Of a stretch of 64,000 bases of DNA, positions 29,342 through 37,872 are shown in pieces. The notes under the pieces are model-generated. The model saw nothing but the letters and a program-made list of their open reading frames with translations, did not search any database and was not told the origin of the DNA. The stretch covers positions 87,686-151,685 of the forward strand of contig JAHBYU010000003.1 of assembly GCA_019635775.1 (NCBI GenBank), in the 5' to 3' direction. Numbering within the stretch: position 1 is the first letter of the stretch; the number at the start of each line of letters is the position of its first letter. Made by a program: the position numbers and the translations under genes. Source of the DNA: Rhizobiaceae bacterium (lineage in GTDB: Bacteria > Pseudomonadota > Alphaproteobacteria > Rhizobiales > Rhizobiaceae).

Positions 29342-29364
29342 AATTCCCTTGATGTGCGCGCCCT

Positions 29365-30156
29365 TTATTGCGCTGCAGCAAAAGAGTCCAGCCGCATGGG
29401 AAGGCCGGCTTCCTTCATGAAGGCCTTCGCCTCCCCGATTGAGTAGGTCCCGAAGTGGAAAATAGAGGCGGCAAGCACGGCGGTCGCGTGCCCGTCCCGT
29501 ATGCCCGCGACCATGTGGTCGAGTGTTCCCACGCCGCCGGATGCGATAACCGGCGCGCGCACACTATCTGCCACAACGCGCGTCAATGCGATGTCATAGC
29601 CGGCCTTCGTGCCGTCGCGATCCATCGAGGTCAGCAGGATTTCGCCCGCGCCAAGATCGACGACCTTGCGCGCGAATTCCACCGCGTCGATGCCTGTCGG
29701 CTGTCGTCCGCCATGCGTGAAGATTTCCCAGCGGTCAGCTTGGCCCGCTGCCGAAACCTTCTTCGCGTCGATCGCCACGACGATGCACTGATTGCCGAAC
29801 TTGTCGGCCGCCTCCGCAACGAATTCCGGATTCTTCACCGCGGCGGTGTTGATCGAAACCTTGTCCGCTCCGGCGAGCAGCAACTTCCGGATGTCGCCGA
29901 CCGCGCGAACGCCTCCACCTACCGTCAACGGCATAAAACAACGTTCGGCCGTACGAGCCACCACGTCGAAGATCGTCTCACGATTGTCGGATGAGGCAGT
30001 GATGTCCAGGAAGCAGAGTTCGTCGGCGCCCGCTGCGTCATAAGCGGCAGCCGCCTCGACCGGATCGCCGGCATCGACAAGGTCGACGAAGTTGACGCCC
30101 TTGACGACGCGGCCGTCCTTGACGTCCAGGCACGGAATGACGCGGGCCTTCAGCAT
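29365..30156 (-). CDS. hisF: imidazole glycerol phosphate synthase cyclase subunit
   Basis: [23 protein letters not shown], and the HisF pattern holds along the full length. Confidence 0.95.
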   Translation of the reverse strand: MLKARVIPCLDVKDGRVVKGVNFVDLVDAGDPVEAAAAYDAAGADELCFLDITASSDNRETIFDVVARTAERCFMPLTVGGGVRAVGDIRKLLLAGADKVSINTAAVKNPEFVAEAADKFGNQCIVVAIDAKKVSAAGQADRWEIFTHGGRQPTGIDAVEFARKVVDLGAGEILLTSMDRDGTKAGYDIALTRVVADSVRAPVIASGGVGTLDHMVAGIRDGHATAVLAASIFHFGTYSIGEAKAFMKEAGLPMRLDSFAAAQ

Positions 30157-30992
30157 CAGATGCGTTCCATCGCGGACAGAAAGTCGACCAGCAGCCGGCC
30201 GACAGCCGGCGGCACGTCGCCTTTCGCATCGAAGGCCGGATCGTATGCGGTAAGGGTAAGCCCGACGATCGGTACTGAACGCGCCATGCAGCTTGCGGCC
30301 GCCCGCACGGCTTCTGCCTCCGGTCCGCCAGGCGCGGTATATCGGTTGACCTGCAACTCGTCCGGATCGTGCACGTCGAGATCGATATGCAGGTGGGTCC
30401 GCAGCACTTCCAGCTTTTTCAGGCCGCCGACCTTCTCGGCGGTTTCGCTCACCTCTGCCCGGATGACGGGTAGGTTTTCGAGCACCACCTTCTCTTCCGG
30501 ATCCAGATCGCGCGCACCGACAAGCATGCAGCGGGCCGGGTCGACAGGATTGAAATCATGAATCGTGTAGGCCATCGGCCGCCAGCAGAGGCCAAGCGCA
30601 GTCGCCAGGGCCATTCCGTCCAGGAAGCCGTGGGTCGAGGTCTCGGGCGTGTTGATGTCGCCATGCTGGTCGAACCAGATGATCGAGTCGGCTTCCTCGC
30701 CTGCAATCGATCCGCAGGCGGTCAGGCAATTGCCTGCGAGCACGATGGGGAAACGTCCTTCGCCCCTGCTTGCGGCAACCTTGCCGGCGACCGCCCGACA
30801 GACCGCGAATCCCGTCGCGATCTCGCGATCGTCAAGATCCTTGATCGGGTCGATTTCCGTAACGGAGACGTCATGCCCCTCCATCGTCAGCGTCTCCGCC
30901 AGCCCGCCGGTGATCAAAGCTTCAGGCCCCTTGCCGAAGCCGTGTTCGCGCTGGCCGCTGTCATAAGGTGCGAGGATGAGGGACAGCTTCAA
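30156..30992 (-). CDS. arginase/ureohydrolase-family protein embedded in the his operon
   Basis: 278 aa. DQHGDINTP (DAHxD-type motif) and DLDVHDP (DxDxxDP-type motif) are present. The first motif reads AGNC instead of GGDH. Its stop overlaps the hisF ATG by 1 nt (TGATG), and its start lies 2 nt after the hisA stop. Confidence 0.7.
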   Translation of the reverse strand: MKLSLILAPYDSGQREHGFGKGPEALITGGLAETLTMEGHDVSVTEIDPIKDLDDREIATGFAVCRAVAGKVAASRGEGRFPIVLAGNCLTACGSIAGEEADSIIWFDQHGDINTPETSTHGFLDGMALATALGLCWRPMAYTIHDFNPVDPARCMLVGARDLDPEEKVVLENLPVIRAEVSETAEKVGGLKKLEVLRTHLHIDLDVHDPDELQVNRYTAPGGPEAEAVRAAASCMARSVPIVGLTLTAYDPAFDAKGDVPPAVGRLLVDFLSAMERI

Positions 30993-30994
30993 GG

Positions 30995-31735
30995 TCAGCC
31001 TCCTTGCCCATTGTCGCGCAGGATAGCCAGCGCCTCGGCGGGATCGATACGGCCATCATACAGTGCGCGGCCGGAAATCGCACCGGCAAGCTTTTTCGCG
31101 TCTGGCATGGTCATGCGCCGTATGTCATCCAGCGAAGCCAGTCCGCCGGAAGCGATCACCGGGATGGAAACGGCGTCGGCCAGCGCGATGGTCGAGCTCC
31201 AGTTGATGCCGGTCAGCACGCCGTCCCGGTCGATGTCGGTGTAGATGATGGCGGCAACGCCTGCGCCCTCGAACTTCCTCGCCAGTTCCACGACGCCCAG
31301 GCTCGATGCCTCGGCCCAGCCTTCGACAGCGACCTTGCCGCCGCGCGCGTCGATGCCGACGGCGATGCGGCCGGGAAACTTGCGGCAGGCCTGCTTCACC
31401 AGATCGGGCTCGCGAACAGCGACCGTGCCGAGGATCACGCGCGCCAGTCCGCGATCCAGCCAGTCCTCGATCTGGTCGAGATTGCGAATGCCGCCGCCAA
31501 GCTGGACGGGGTTGCGCGTCGCCTTGAGAATCGCGCCGACAGCCGCGCTGTTGACGCTCTTGCCCTCGAAGGCGCCGTTGAGGTCGACAACGTGGAGCCA
31601 GGAAAATCCCTGATCCTCAAACGCTTTCGCCTGCGCGGCCGGATCCTCGTTGTAGATCGTCGCCGTCTGCATGTCGCCGAGCTTGAGGCGCACGCACCGC
31701 CCGTCCTTCAGGTCGATGGCCGGAAAGAGGATCAT
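30995..31735 (-). CDS. hisA: ProFAR isomerase
   Basis: [17 protein letters not shown], and the HisA pattern holds along the full length. Confidence 0.95.
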   Translation of the reverse strand: MILFPAIDLKDGRCVRLKLGDMQTATIYNEDPAAQAKAFEDQGFSWLHVVDLNGAFEGKSVNSAAVGAILKATRNPVQLGGGIRNLDQIEDWLDRGLARVILGTVAVREPDLVKQACRKFPGRIAVGIDARGGKVAVEGWAEASSLGVVELARKFEGAGVAAIIYTDIDRDGVLTGINWSSTIALADAVSIPVIASGGLASLDDIRRMTMPDAKKLAGAISGRALYDGRIDPAEALAILRDNGQGG

Positions 31736-31781
31736 GCCGTCCAGACTCCTTCGACGGTCGCCATCCGGGGCCCCTTCTTCA

Positions 31782-32432
31782 TCAGGGCCTCCACCGCAGG
31801 AAGTTTGCGATCAGCGCCAGACCCAGCGCCTGGCTCTTTTCAGGATGGAACTGGGTGCCGGCGAGATTGTCGCGCGCCACCGCCGCCGTGACGGGTCCGC
31901 CATAGTCGGTGACGGCCAGCACTTCGCCGGGGTTGGTCGCGGCCATGTGATAGGAATGGACGAAATAGGCGTGAAGGCCGTCGTCGCCCGTCGCTATGCC
32001 GTCGAACAGCGGATGCTCACGGACAAGCCGGATCGTGTTCCAGCCGATCTGCGGTATCTTCAACGTCGGATCGGACGGCGTGATCTCCTTCACATCGCCC
32101 TCGATCCAGCCGAAGCCGTTGGTGACGACCTTCTCGAGGCCGCGCTGCGACATCAGCTGCATGCCGACGCAGATGCCGAGGAAGGGCCTGCCCCTGCGGA
32201 TCGCGGTTTCCTCCACCGCCTCCCACATGCCTTCAACGGCGTGCAGGCCGGCGGCGCAGTCGGCGTAGGCGCCGACGCCCGGCAGCACGATGCGGTCGGC
32301 CGTGCGCACCCGTCCGGCGTCTGCCGTCAGCTCGATCTCGGCGGCGATGCCCGACTCGCGCGCCGCGCGTTCGAAAGCCTTTGTTGCCGAGCGCAGATTG
32401 CCCGATCCGTAGTCGATGATGGCGACGCGCAT
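31782..32432 (-). CDS. hisH: imidazole glycerol phosphate synthase glutamine amidotransferase subunit
   Basis: [15 protein letters not shown], catalytic LGICVGMQ and the HSY triad region. The ATG at 32432 gives 216 aa. The longer ORF form was rejected. Confidence 0.95.
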   Translation of the reverse strand: MRVAIIDYGSGNLRSATKAFERAARESGIAAEIELTADAGRVRTADRIVLPGVGAYADCAAGLHAVEGMWEAVEETAIRRGRPFLGICVGMQLMSQRGLEKVVTNGFGWIEGDVKEITPSDPTLKIPQIGWNTIRLVREHPLFDGIATGDDGLHAYFVHSYHMAATNPGEVLAVTDYGGPVTAAVARDNLAGTQFHPEKSQALGLALIANFLRWRP

Positions 32433-32433
32433 G

Positions 32434-32922
32434 TCAGGACCGTCCGGGATAGCCGAGCAGGCCGAGCGCCGGACCTGCGTGAACGGGTTGCGGCCGCGAC
32501 GGCGTGCCATCCAGCCTCGCCGTGGCGGTCCACGGACCCGCAGCCGACGCGTCGTCCCCGCCCGAGAGGTAGCGGATTTCCGCTTCGGCGGCGTTGTTGC
32601 CTTCGGCCACGCCCCATTCGCGCCAGCCACGCCGCCGCATGGCGTTGATGCGCAGCGACTGGCCTTCGAGCCCGATGAAGAGCGACATCAGGAAGGACAG
32701 TGCTCCGCCGGCAAAGGCAAGGCCGGTTGCTTCCCCGGCCGCCACCAGCGCGACGCCGGCCGCGAACACCAGGATGGCCTCGATCCACAGCCGGTGCCAG
32801 AGCAGCCAGACCAGCGGCACGATGAAGGCGAGGAAGGAAAAGCCGTCGCGCACCAGGACCGCGCGTTCGGCGGCCTCGTCCTCGCTGTCGGCGGGCGGCT
32901 CCATCACGACATAGATCGCCAT
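32434..32922 (-). CDS. DUF2628-like small membrane protein (commonly found between hisB and hisH in Rhizobiales)
   Basis: [24 protein letters not shown] pattern and two to three predicted TM helices. It lies between hisB and hisH. Confidence 0.65.
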   Translation of the reverse strand: MAIYVVMEPPADSEDEAAERAVLVRDGFSFLAFIVPLVWLLWHRLWIEAILVFAAGVALVAAGEATGLAFAGGALSFLMSLFIGLEGQSLRINAMRRRGWREWGVAEGNNAAEAEIRYLSGGDDASAAGPWTATARLDGTPSRPQPVHAGPALGLLGYPGRS

Positions 32923-32926
32923 CGCG

Positions 32927-33526
32927 CTATCCCTTCAGGCTGCCCTTGGTGGAGGGCACGGCGTCCGGCTGGCGCGGGTCGCGCTCAAGCGCTGCGCGCA
33001 GCACGCGCGCCACGGCCTTGAAGCAGGTCTCCGCGATGTGGTGGCTGTTGGCGCCATAGTGGTTGGTGACGTGCAGCGTGATGCCCGCATTCTGCGCCAG
33101 CGCATGGAAGAACTCGCGCACCAGCTCGGTGTCGAAGGTGCCGATCTTCTGCGACGGGAAGGCGACGTTCCACACCAGATACGGCCTGCCCGAGACATCG
33201 ACCGCCGCGCGCGTCAGCGTCTCGTCCATCGCCAGGTCGAGCGAGGCATAGCGCATGATGCCGCGCCGCTCGCCCATCGCCTGCGCCAGCGCCTGCCCGA
33301 TGGCGATGCCGGTGTCCTCCACGGTGTGGTGGTCGTCGATGTGCAGGTCGCCATTGGCGCGGATCGTCATGTCGATCAGCGAATGGCGCGACAGCTGGTC
33401 GAGCATGTGGTCGAAGAACCCCACGCCGGTCGCCATATCGGTCCTGCCCGACCCGTCTATGTCGAGCGAGACCGCAATGTCGGTCTCCTTCGTCTTGCGG
33501 CTGACTTTGGCGGAACGTGATGTCAT
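32927..33526 (-). CDS. hisB: imidazoleglycerol-phosphate dehydratase
   Basis: [32 protein letters not shown] and HHIAE motifs. Confidence 0.95.
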   Translation of the reverse strand: MTSRSAKVSRKTKETDIAVSLDIDGSGRTDMATGVGFFDHMLDQLSRHSLIDMTIRANGDLHIDDHHTVEDTGIAIGQALAQAMGERRGIMRYASLDLAMDETLTRAAVDVSGRPYLVWNVAFPSQKIGTFDTELVREFFHALAQNAGITLHVTNHYGANSHHIAETCFKAVARVLRAALERDPRQPDAVPSTKGSLKG

Positions 33527-33616
33527 GCGGGCGCGCCTGCGGGAACTGAAAGCGTGCCTTCTATCAGCCCGATCCGCCGAAGGAAAGTTTTGCGGCGCGT
33601 CGTTGAAAGCGGCCGC

Positions 33617-33955
33617 TCACCTGATGCGGAAGGTGAATTCGTGGCTGAACACGACATGGTGCTCCACAGTGTCCGGCTTCTCGATCAGGTAGATCTCGTC
33701 GACGGTGAAGTAGCGCGCGCGGCCCGGATCGTCGCCGGCGAAATCGCGCACCGCCTCCATGTCGCGCCACCACGAGAGCGCGGTGATCTCGCTTGTGCCG
33801 TCGCCGAGGTCGCGCAGCGTGATCTGGTGGCCGAGATTGCCGTCGGCCGTCTCGATCTCCTCCGCGCCGGTCTCGGCCATGTATTTGGCGTATTCCGCCG
33901 CGCGCTCGGTGGCGACCTTGCCGATCCAGCGGCGCAGGATGATTTCGTCTTGCAT
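33617..33955 (-). CDS. hypothetical small cytoplasmic protein (112 aa)
   Basis: An ORF with codon usage like its neighbours, on the same strand upstream of hisB. I recognised no family with certainty. Confidence 0.5.
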   Translation of the reverse strand: MQDEIILRRWIGKVATERAAEYAKYMAETGAEEIETADGNLGHQITLRDLGDGTSEITALSWWRDMEAVRDFAGDDPGRARYFTVDEIYLIEKPDTVEHHVVFSHEFTFRIR

Positions 33956-34008
33956 GCGGTCGGCTCCGGAAACGGGAGATTCCTTGTGCCACGGGATGAG
34001 GATGGAGT

Positions 34009-34195
34009 CGATTGGTGGCGTTCCTCGCCCCTGCGAAGCGGGGGAGAGGTGTCCGCGAAGCGGACGGAGAGGGGTGTTAGCGCCTTCATGTCCCGGTCGT
34101 GGCTCAAACGGCGACCGTCGCTCCCCCTCACCGTCTCGGTCCTACGGACCGATCCACCTCTCCCCCGCTTCGCAGGGGCGAGGAACCGCCAATCG
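34009..34195. repeat. about 190-bp palindromic MITE/REP-like intergenic element
   Basis: The left arm (34009..34051) and right arm (34155..34195) are near-perfect reverse complements (..TTCCTCGCCCCTGCGAAGCGGGGGAGAGGTG / CACCTCTCCCCCGCTTCGCAGGGGCGAGGAA..). The inner segments are also partly self-complementary. Confidence 0.8.
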
Positions 34196-34782
34196 CAAAA
34201 GTCGGCGCACACTTTCCCGTTGCCACGCCTGCCGAAGCATCTGGCCATTCAAAGAGCGCTCCCGTCGGGGGAGTGGGAAGACGGGCGGCCGTTCGATCGC
34301 TCATCTTTTGTAGTTGTATGCGACCTTGCGGCCGCCCGTCCGGCGTTCTTGCCCCGGCGAAGGACACGGCCGTTGCCGCTGGTCTCCGCAAGGGCCCGGA
34401 CCTGGGGGCTCGTCACCCAGCCGCGCTACCGTTGGAGCATGGTTCCGACAGCGGTTGCCCGCTGCCCGATACCAGCTCCGGCGCGACCGATCCGGCGCCG
34501 CCGCCCTCCCTGATCCCCGGTCCGGACCCGGTTCCCGTGAGGACGATGCGCGGGATTATGAGGGGAGTGGCAAGGGCGTGGATAAATCGGGGTGGGATTT
34601 TGGTGAGATTGAAGGAAATCAGCCGGTTGGAGCGAGGTGCTATTCACTCCCCAAGTTTCATCGCCCTCGGTCGTTAATGGTCTCGCAAAATGACGTACAC
34701 ACATTTCGTTTGCTTTGCTCGTCTACGTGTCACGAAGGGTGGAACCGATCGTGAGCATAAAAGTTGATGCGCAGCCTTTTAG

Positions 34783-35331
34783 TTACGCCAAAGGCAACAA
34801 ATCGATCAAATCCAAAAGTCGCCGGATAATTTGCGACATTATCTCGTTTTCGGAGAAAAAATTGAGGAGCCATTCTCTGTTTGCGTCAACCCACTTAGAG
34901 GCAGCAAAGGTCCCTGACGCTCCGACGATAACTTTGCCTTTGTGCGTCCAAGCGGTCTGAGCGTACTCGGACGCCCGCTCAACCGCGATACGAGAAAAAT
35001 TCTTCACGCCCTCCGAATATCGCCGTGATTGGCGGCTCTCCGGATCAGGAGACGCGGGAGCTACCCGCGCTTCTTCCTCTAAAGTATCAAAAACATTCTG
35101 AACCGCCGCCTTCAAGGCTACTGCTTGTCGAATCACGTCCTGACCATCTGTCGGCGGGACAAGTTTCTTCCTCGCGTCGGGTCCTAAGAGCGCCTCGTCA
35201 CGCCGAGCCAATTCGGGGTCGAAAGCAACTAGATTATTATAAGAGGAAATCAGTTTGGAAAGATCATTTAGTAGCTTGTCTGAAATAGGAGCGAGGTCAG
35301 AAAGGTCGTCTCGATCCGTATACGAAGTCAA
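34783..35331 (-). CDS. orphan hypothetical protein (182 aa), TTG start only
   Basis: A long open frame inside a visibly AT-richer patch. The only start-type codon after the upstream in-frame stop (35358..35356) is TTG at 35331. It overlaps the upstream ORF by 35 nt. No family recognised. Confidence 0.4.
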   Translation of the reverse strand: MTSYTDRDDLSDLAPISDKLLNDLSKLISSYNNLVAFDPELARRDEALLGPDARKKLVPPTDGQDVIRQAVALKAAVQNVFDTLEEEARVAPASPDPESRQSRRYSEGVKNFSRIAVERASEYAQTAWTHKGKVIVGASGTFAASKWVDANREWLLNFFSENEIMSQIIRRLLDLIDLLPLA

Positions 35332-35752
35332 ATGACGCTGCCACGGCTGAAGCGTCTATAGCTCGCAGTGCGAGCGTATGATCGCCTAGCGCTATAGCCC
35401 GCGCCGCATCGATTGCGGCATATCCAACGCTGGAAATTCCGGTGGCTCCAGTTTGTGAGGCCGCTTGTCCGATGGCACGAGTTCCGGGACGCAGACTTTT
35501 TTCAAAGTCACTAGGAACGGCCTCAGAATAGCGCATTGCAGTCCAACTAATTTGCGCTACGCGAAATCCAGTTAGAAAGATGTCCGTTCGCAACTTTTGA
35601 GAAATATTTGGGAATCTGGCTAGCGATGAATTGAGAGGCAGGACCCTGAGGGATGCCCTCATTGCGAGCAGAAGAGCCCACTCCAAAGGTTCGTCCTGAA
35701 GCTTAGATCGAATTTCATCGATGTCTACGTTGTGCTCGGAAAGCCGTGCCAA
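35297..35752 (-). CDS. orphan hypothetical protein (151 aa), TTG start only
   Basis: The open frame starts immediately after an in-frame TGA. A GGGGGA sequence lies about 8 nt upstream of the TTG at 35752, and the first ATG is 30 codons in. No family recognised. Confidence 0.4.
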   Translation of the reverse strand: MARLSEHNVDIDEIRSKLQDEPLEWALLLAMRASLRVLPLNSSLARFPNISQKLRTDIFLTGFRVAQISWTAMRYSEAVPSDFEKSLRPGTRAIGQAASQTGATGISSVGYAAIDAARAIALGDHTLALRAIDASAVAASFDFVYGSRRPF

Positions 35753-35900
35753 TCATTATCCCCCATCCGGTAAGAAAGACTTGAGACCACTAGCAGATTT
35801 TGTCGCTGAGGTAGTAACGAGCTGTCATCTTGTCCCATCAAAAATCACATTCAATGTTTTTGTTAGGCGAGTTGATGGTTGAAACCTTTAACTATGGTTC

Positions 35901-36130
35901 TCACTCCGAAGCGAGTCCCGGGCTGGTCACGCTGCCACAGTCATACTTGGCAGCCACTAGATCGGCGGGCTGATTGTTCGGGCGGTCTTCGTATAGCCGC
36001 TCGGTCACGGCATGGATCCTAGGGTCGCGCTTCGCTTGCCCTAGGATGACGAAGAGGGGACATAGGGCGTGTCCCGTACATTGCCGGATCGTTCTCCGAA
36101 CCACACCTTGCCATCGACCGCGTGTTTTGC
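35901..36130 (-). pseudogene. possible remnant of the 3' end of a dmmC-like (DUF3445) gene
   Basis: The minus-strand frame ends ..AKRDPRIHAVTERLYEDRPNNQPADLVAAKYDCGSVTSPGLASE*. This resembles the C-terminus of the intact gene at 36810..37850 (..AKRLHRVIRDL....LVEWLSKYDDGGVTSPGFGPD*). There is no plausible start, and the upstream similarity shifts frame. Confidence 0.3.
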
Positions 36131-36200
36131 CATCGGTCGGTTCCTGTCTTGCGCGAAGCAGCATGCTGCGTGAAGGGGAGGGCGGATCGGAGGAAGAAGC

Positions 36201-36626
36201 ATGTCCTGGACAGTCGATTGGGAATACGGCCTGCCGCTTGCGGTGGCGATCATGGTGTTCCACGTGGCCGCCTTCATGCTGATCACGCGTGCGCTGGTGC
36301 CCGAAGTAGCGTCGATGCGGAACACGCATTTCCGCTTCATCGCGGGGGTCGGCTTGCTTGCGATCGCCGCCGCCACGCTGCACGGGCTGGAGGGGCTTGC
36401 ATGGGCGTGGCTCTATGTGTGGCTCGGCGCGCTGCCCGACTACAACACGGCCGTGCTCTATTCCTTCGGCGCGATGACAAGCTACGGCCATGCGGATGTC
36501 TATCTCGAACGGCAGTGGATGCTGCTCGGCACGATCGAGGCGGTCAACGGGCTGATCCTGTTCGGCCTGACGACCGCGTTCTTCTTCGCCGCCATCCAGA
36601 AGGCATGGCCGGGTCGGGTCGGGTAG
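36201..36626 (+). CDS. small two-TM ion-channel family protein (K-channel-like pore with non-canonical filter)
   Basis: 141 aa with a TM-pore helix-TM layout. LYSFGAMTSYGHADV occupies the position of the canonical ..TTxGYGD filter. Confidence 0.6.
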   Translation: MSWTVDWEYGLPLAVAIMVFHVAAFMLITRALVPEVASMRNTHFRFIAGVGLLAIAAATLHGLEGLAWAWLYVWLGALPDYNTAVLYSFGAMTSYGHADVYLERQWMLLGTIEAVNGLILFGLTTAFFFAAIQKAWPGRVG

Positions 36627-36701
36627 GACGTTTCGCGCGAAAATCCAGGTGGGAGGGACGGTGGGGATATCGACCAGCCAGGGCTGGTCAGCGGCGAAAC
36701 G

Positions 36702-36760
36702 CCCCCTCTCCGTCTCGGTCCTTCGAACCGAGCCACCTCTCCCCCAGCCCGGGGCGAGGA
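36702..36760. repeat. half-copy of the same palindromic repeat family as 34009..34195
   Basis: CCCCCTCTCCGTCTCGGTCCTTCGAACCGAGCCACCTCTCCCCCAGCCCGGGGCGAGGA aligns with 34123..34183. By eye, roughly 50 of 60 positions are identical. Confidence 0.7.
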
Positions 36761-36809
36761 TAGGCTAACCGTCGGCGCAGCGGCTGTGCAGAAACCGGGA
36801 AGGTCGCGC

Positions 36810-37850
36810 TCAGTCCGGCCCGAAGCCCGGCGAGGTGACGCCGCCATCGTCATATTTCGACAGCCACTCGACCAGCGTCGGGCGGTAGCGGGTGAGGCCC
36901 TTGTAGGTGGCGAGTTCCTCCGGCAGGTCGCGGATGACGCGGTGCAGGCGCTTGGCCCATTTCTCCGACGTGACCAGCTCGTCCATCTTGATGAGGTAGC
37001 AGCGGATCGGGAAGACCAGCGCGTTGGAGCGCGGCAGCCGCCAGAAGGTCTGCAACTCGACGCGCAGATGCACCTTCTGGCCGACATTCTCGGGCGTCAC
37101 CGTGGTGCGATCCGGACCCCATTTGTGGTAGTTCTCCGGGCTGGTGTCGAGGCGCGGGTTGATCGTCATCGTCCAGTTGAGACGGCGCGCCGGCTGGCCC
37201 TGCTGCACGTTGAGCAGGAACTTCAGCGCGCGCTGGAAGATGCCCATCTCATGCGCCAGCGGAACGGGCGCGTGCCACTCGAAGAAGTTCATGCCGATGT
37301 CGAAGTCGAGCGACCAGTCGGCCTGCGTGGTGACGATGCCCGCATCCATCCAGAGATTGTTGTCGCGCTGGTCGAGGATGCAGTAGTCGCCCTGGGCCTG
37401 GCGCGTGATATATTCCATAGGGCCATAGGGCAGCGTGGTGGTGTCGCCGAAGACGAAGGTCTGGTCGATGTTGAGCGGACGGTTGATCCAGTGCCAGTTG
37501 TCGCCGTCGCGCGTCAGCGAGAAATGCTCGGGATAGCTCTCGGCCTTCGAGGTCATGATCAGCTCGAGCAGGTCCCAGCCGGCGAGCGTCATGTGCGGCA
37601 GCGACTGGCAGCGCAGCGGATCTTCCGCCAGCACCAGCGCGCGGTCCTCCATCTCCGAGACATAGTGCTCGTCGACGTCGAACGGATGCTCCAGCACGCT
37701 GCCCTTCGGCCCCGGCCGGTGCGGCTCGATGTTGACCGCATACATGTAGCTGTCTTCGTGGAACGGGAAGGGGAAGCGGCGGATATGCTCCGGCGAGTTG
37801 CGGAAGCTGAAATCGTCGCGGAAGGTTTCCTTCCTGAACTGTATGCCCAT
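36810..37850 (-). CDS. dmmC: heme-dependent oxidative N-demethylase / dimethylamine monooxygenase subunit (DUF3445 family)
   Basis: 346 aa from the ATG at 37850 (MGIQFRKETF). The family call rests on the overall pattern and on operon context with a GcvT-like protein and a PDR-type reductase. The 54-codon N-terminal extension of the ORF was rejected. Confidence 0.8.
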   Translation of the reverse strand: MGIQFRKETFRDDFSFRNSPEHIRRFPFPFHEDSYMYAVNIEPHRPGPKGSVLEHPFDVDEHYVSEMEDRALVLAEDPLRCQSLPHMTLAGWDLLELIMTSKAESYPEHFSLTRDGDNWHWINRPLNIDQTFVFGDTTTLPYGPMEYITRQAQGDYCILDQRDNNLWMDAGIVTTQADWSLDFDIGMNFFEWHAPVPLAHEMGIFQRALKFLLNVQQGQPARRLNWTMTINPRLDTSPENYHKWGPDRTTVTPENVGQKVHLRVELQTFWRLPRSNALVFPIRCYLIKMDELVTSEKWAKRLHRVIRDLPEELATYKGLTRYRPTLVEWLSKYDDGGVTSPGFGPD

Positions 37851-37872
37851 TGGTAAGTTACCTCTTATCTTT

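Noticed and set aside
28033-29343. A 436-aa extended form of CoaA. Similar N-terminal extensions occur for trxA, ahcY, chvI, hisH, dmmB, dmmC, arfB and mgdA.
   Set aside because: The extensions overlap upstream genes in other frames and are absent from the known family N-termini. Internal ATG or GTG starts give canonical lengths.
33685-34677. Pro/Arg/Gly-rich ORFs crossing the palindromic repeat, for example 34099..34677 (192 aa), 33685..34248 (187 aa) and 33554..34513 (319 aa).
   Set aside because: They are translations of the repeat element and flanking non-coding GC-rich DNA (the SPLRSGGEV / PLSP..GRG-type peptides). They occur on both strands in several frames and have no start context.
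35901-36491. A 196-aa minus-strand ORF treated as an intact gene.
   Set aside because: Its upstream two thirds are antisense to the plus-strand channel gene (36201..36626), which has clear TM and pore architecture. Only the last 70 or so codons resemble anything (the DmmC tail), so I list those as a possible pseudogene.
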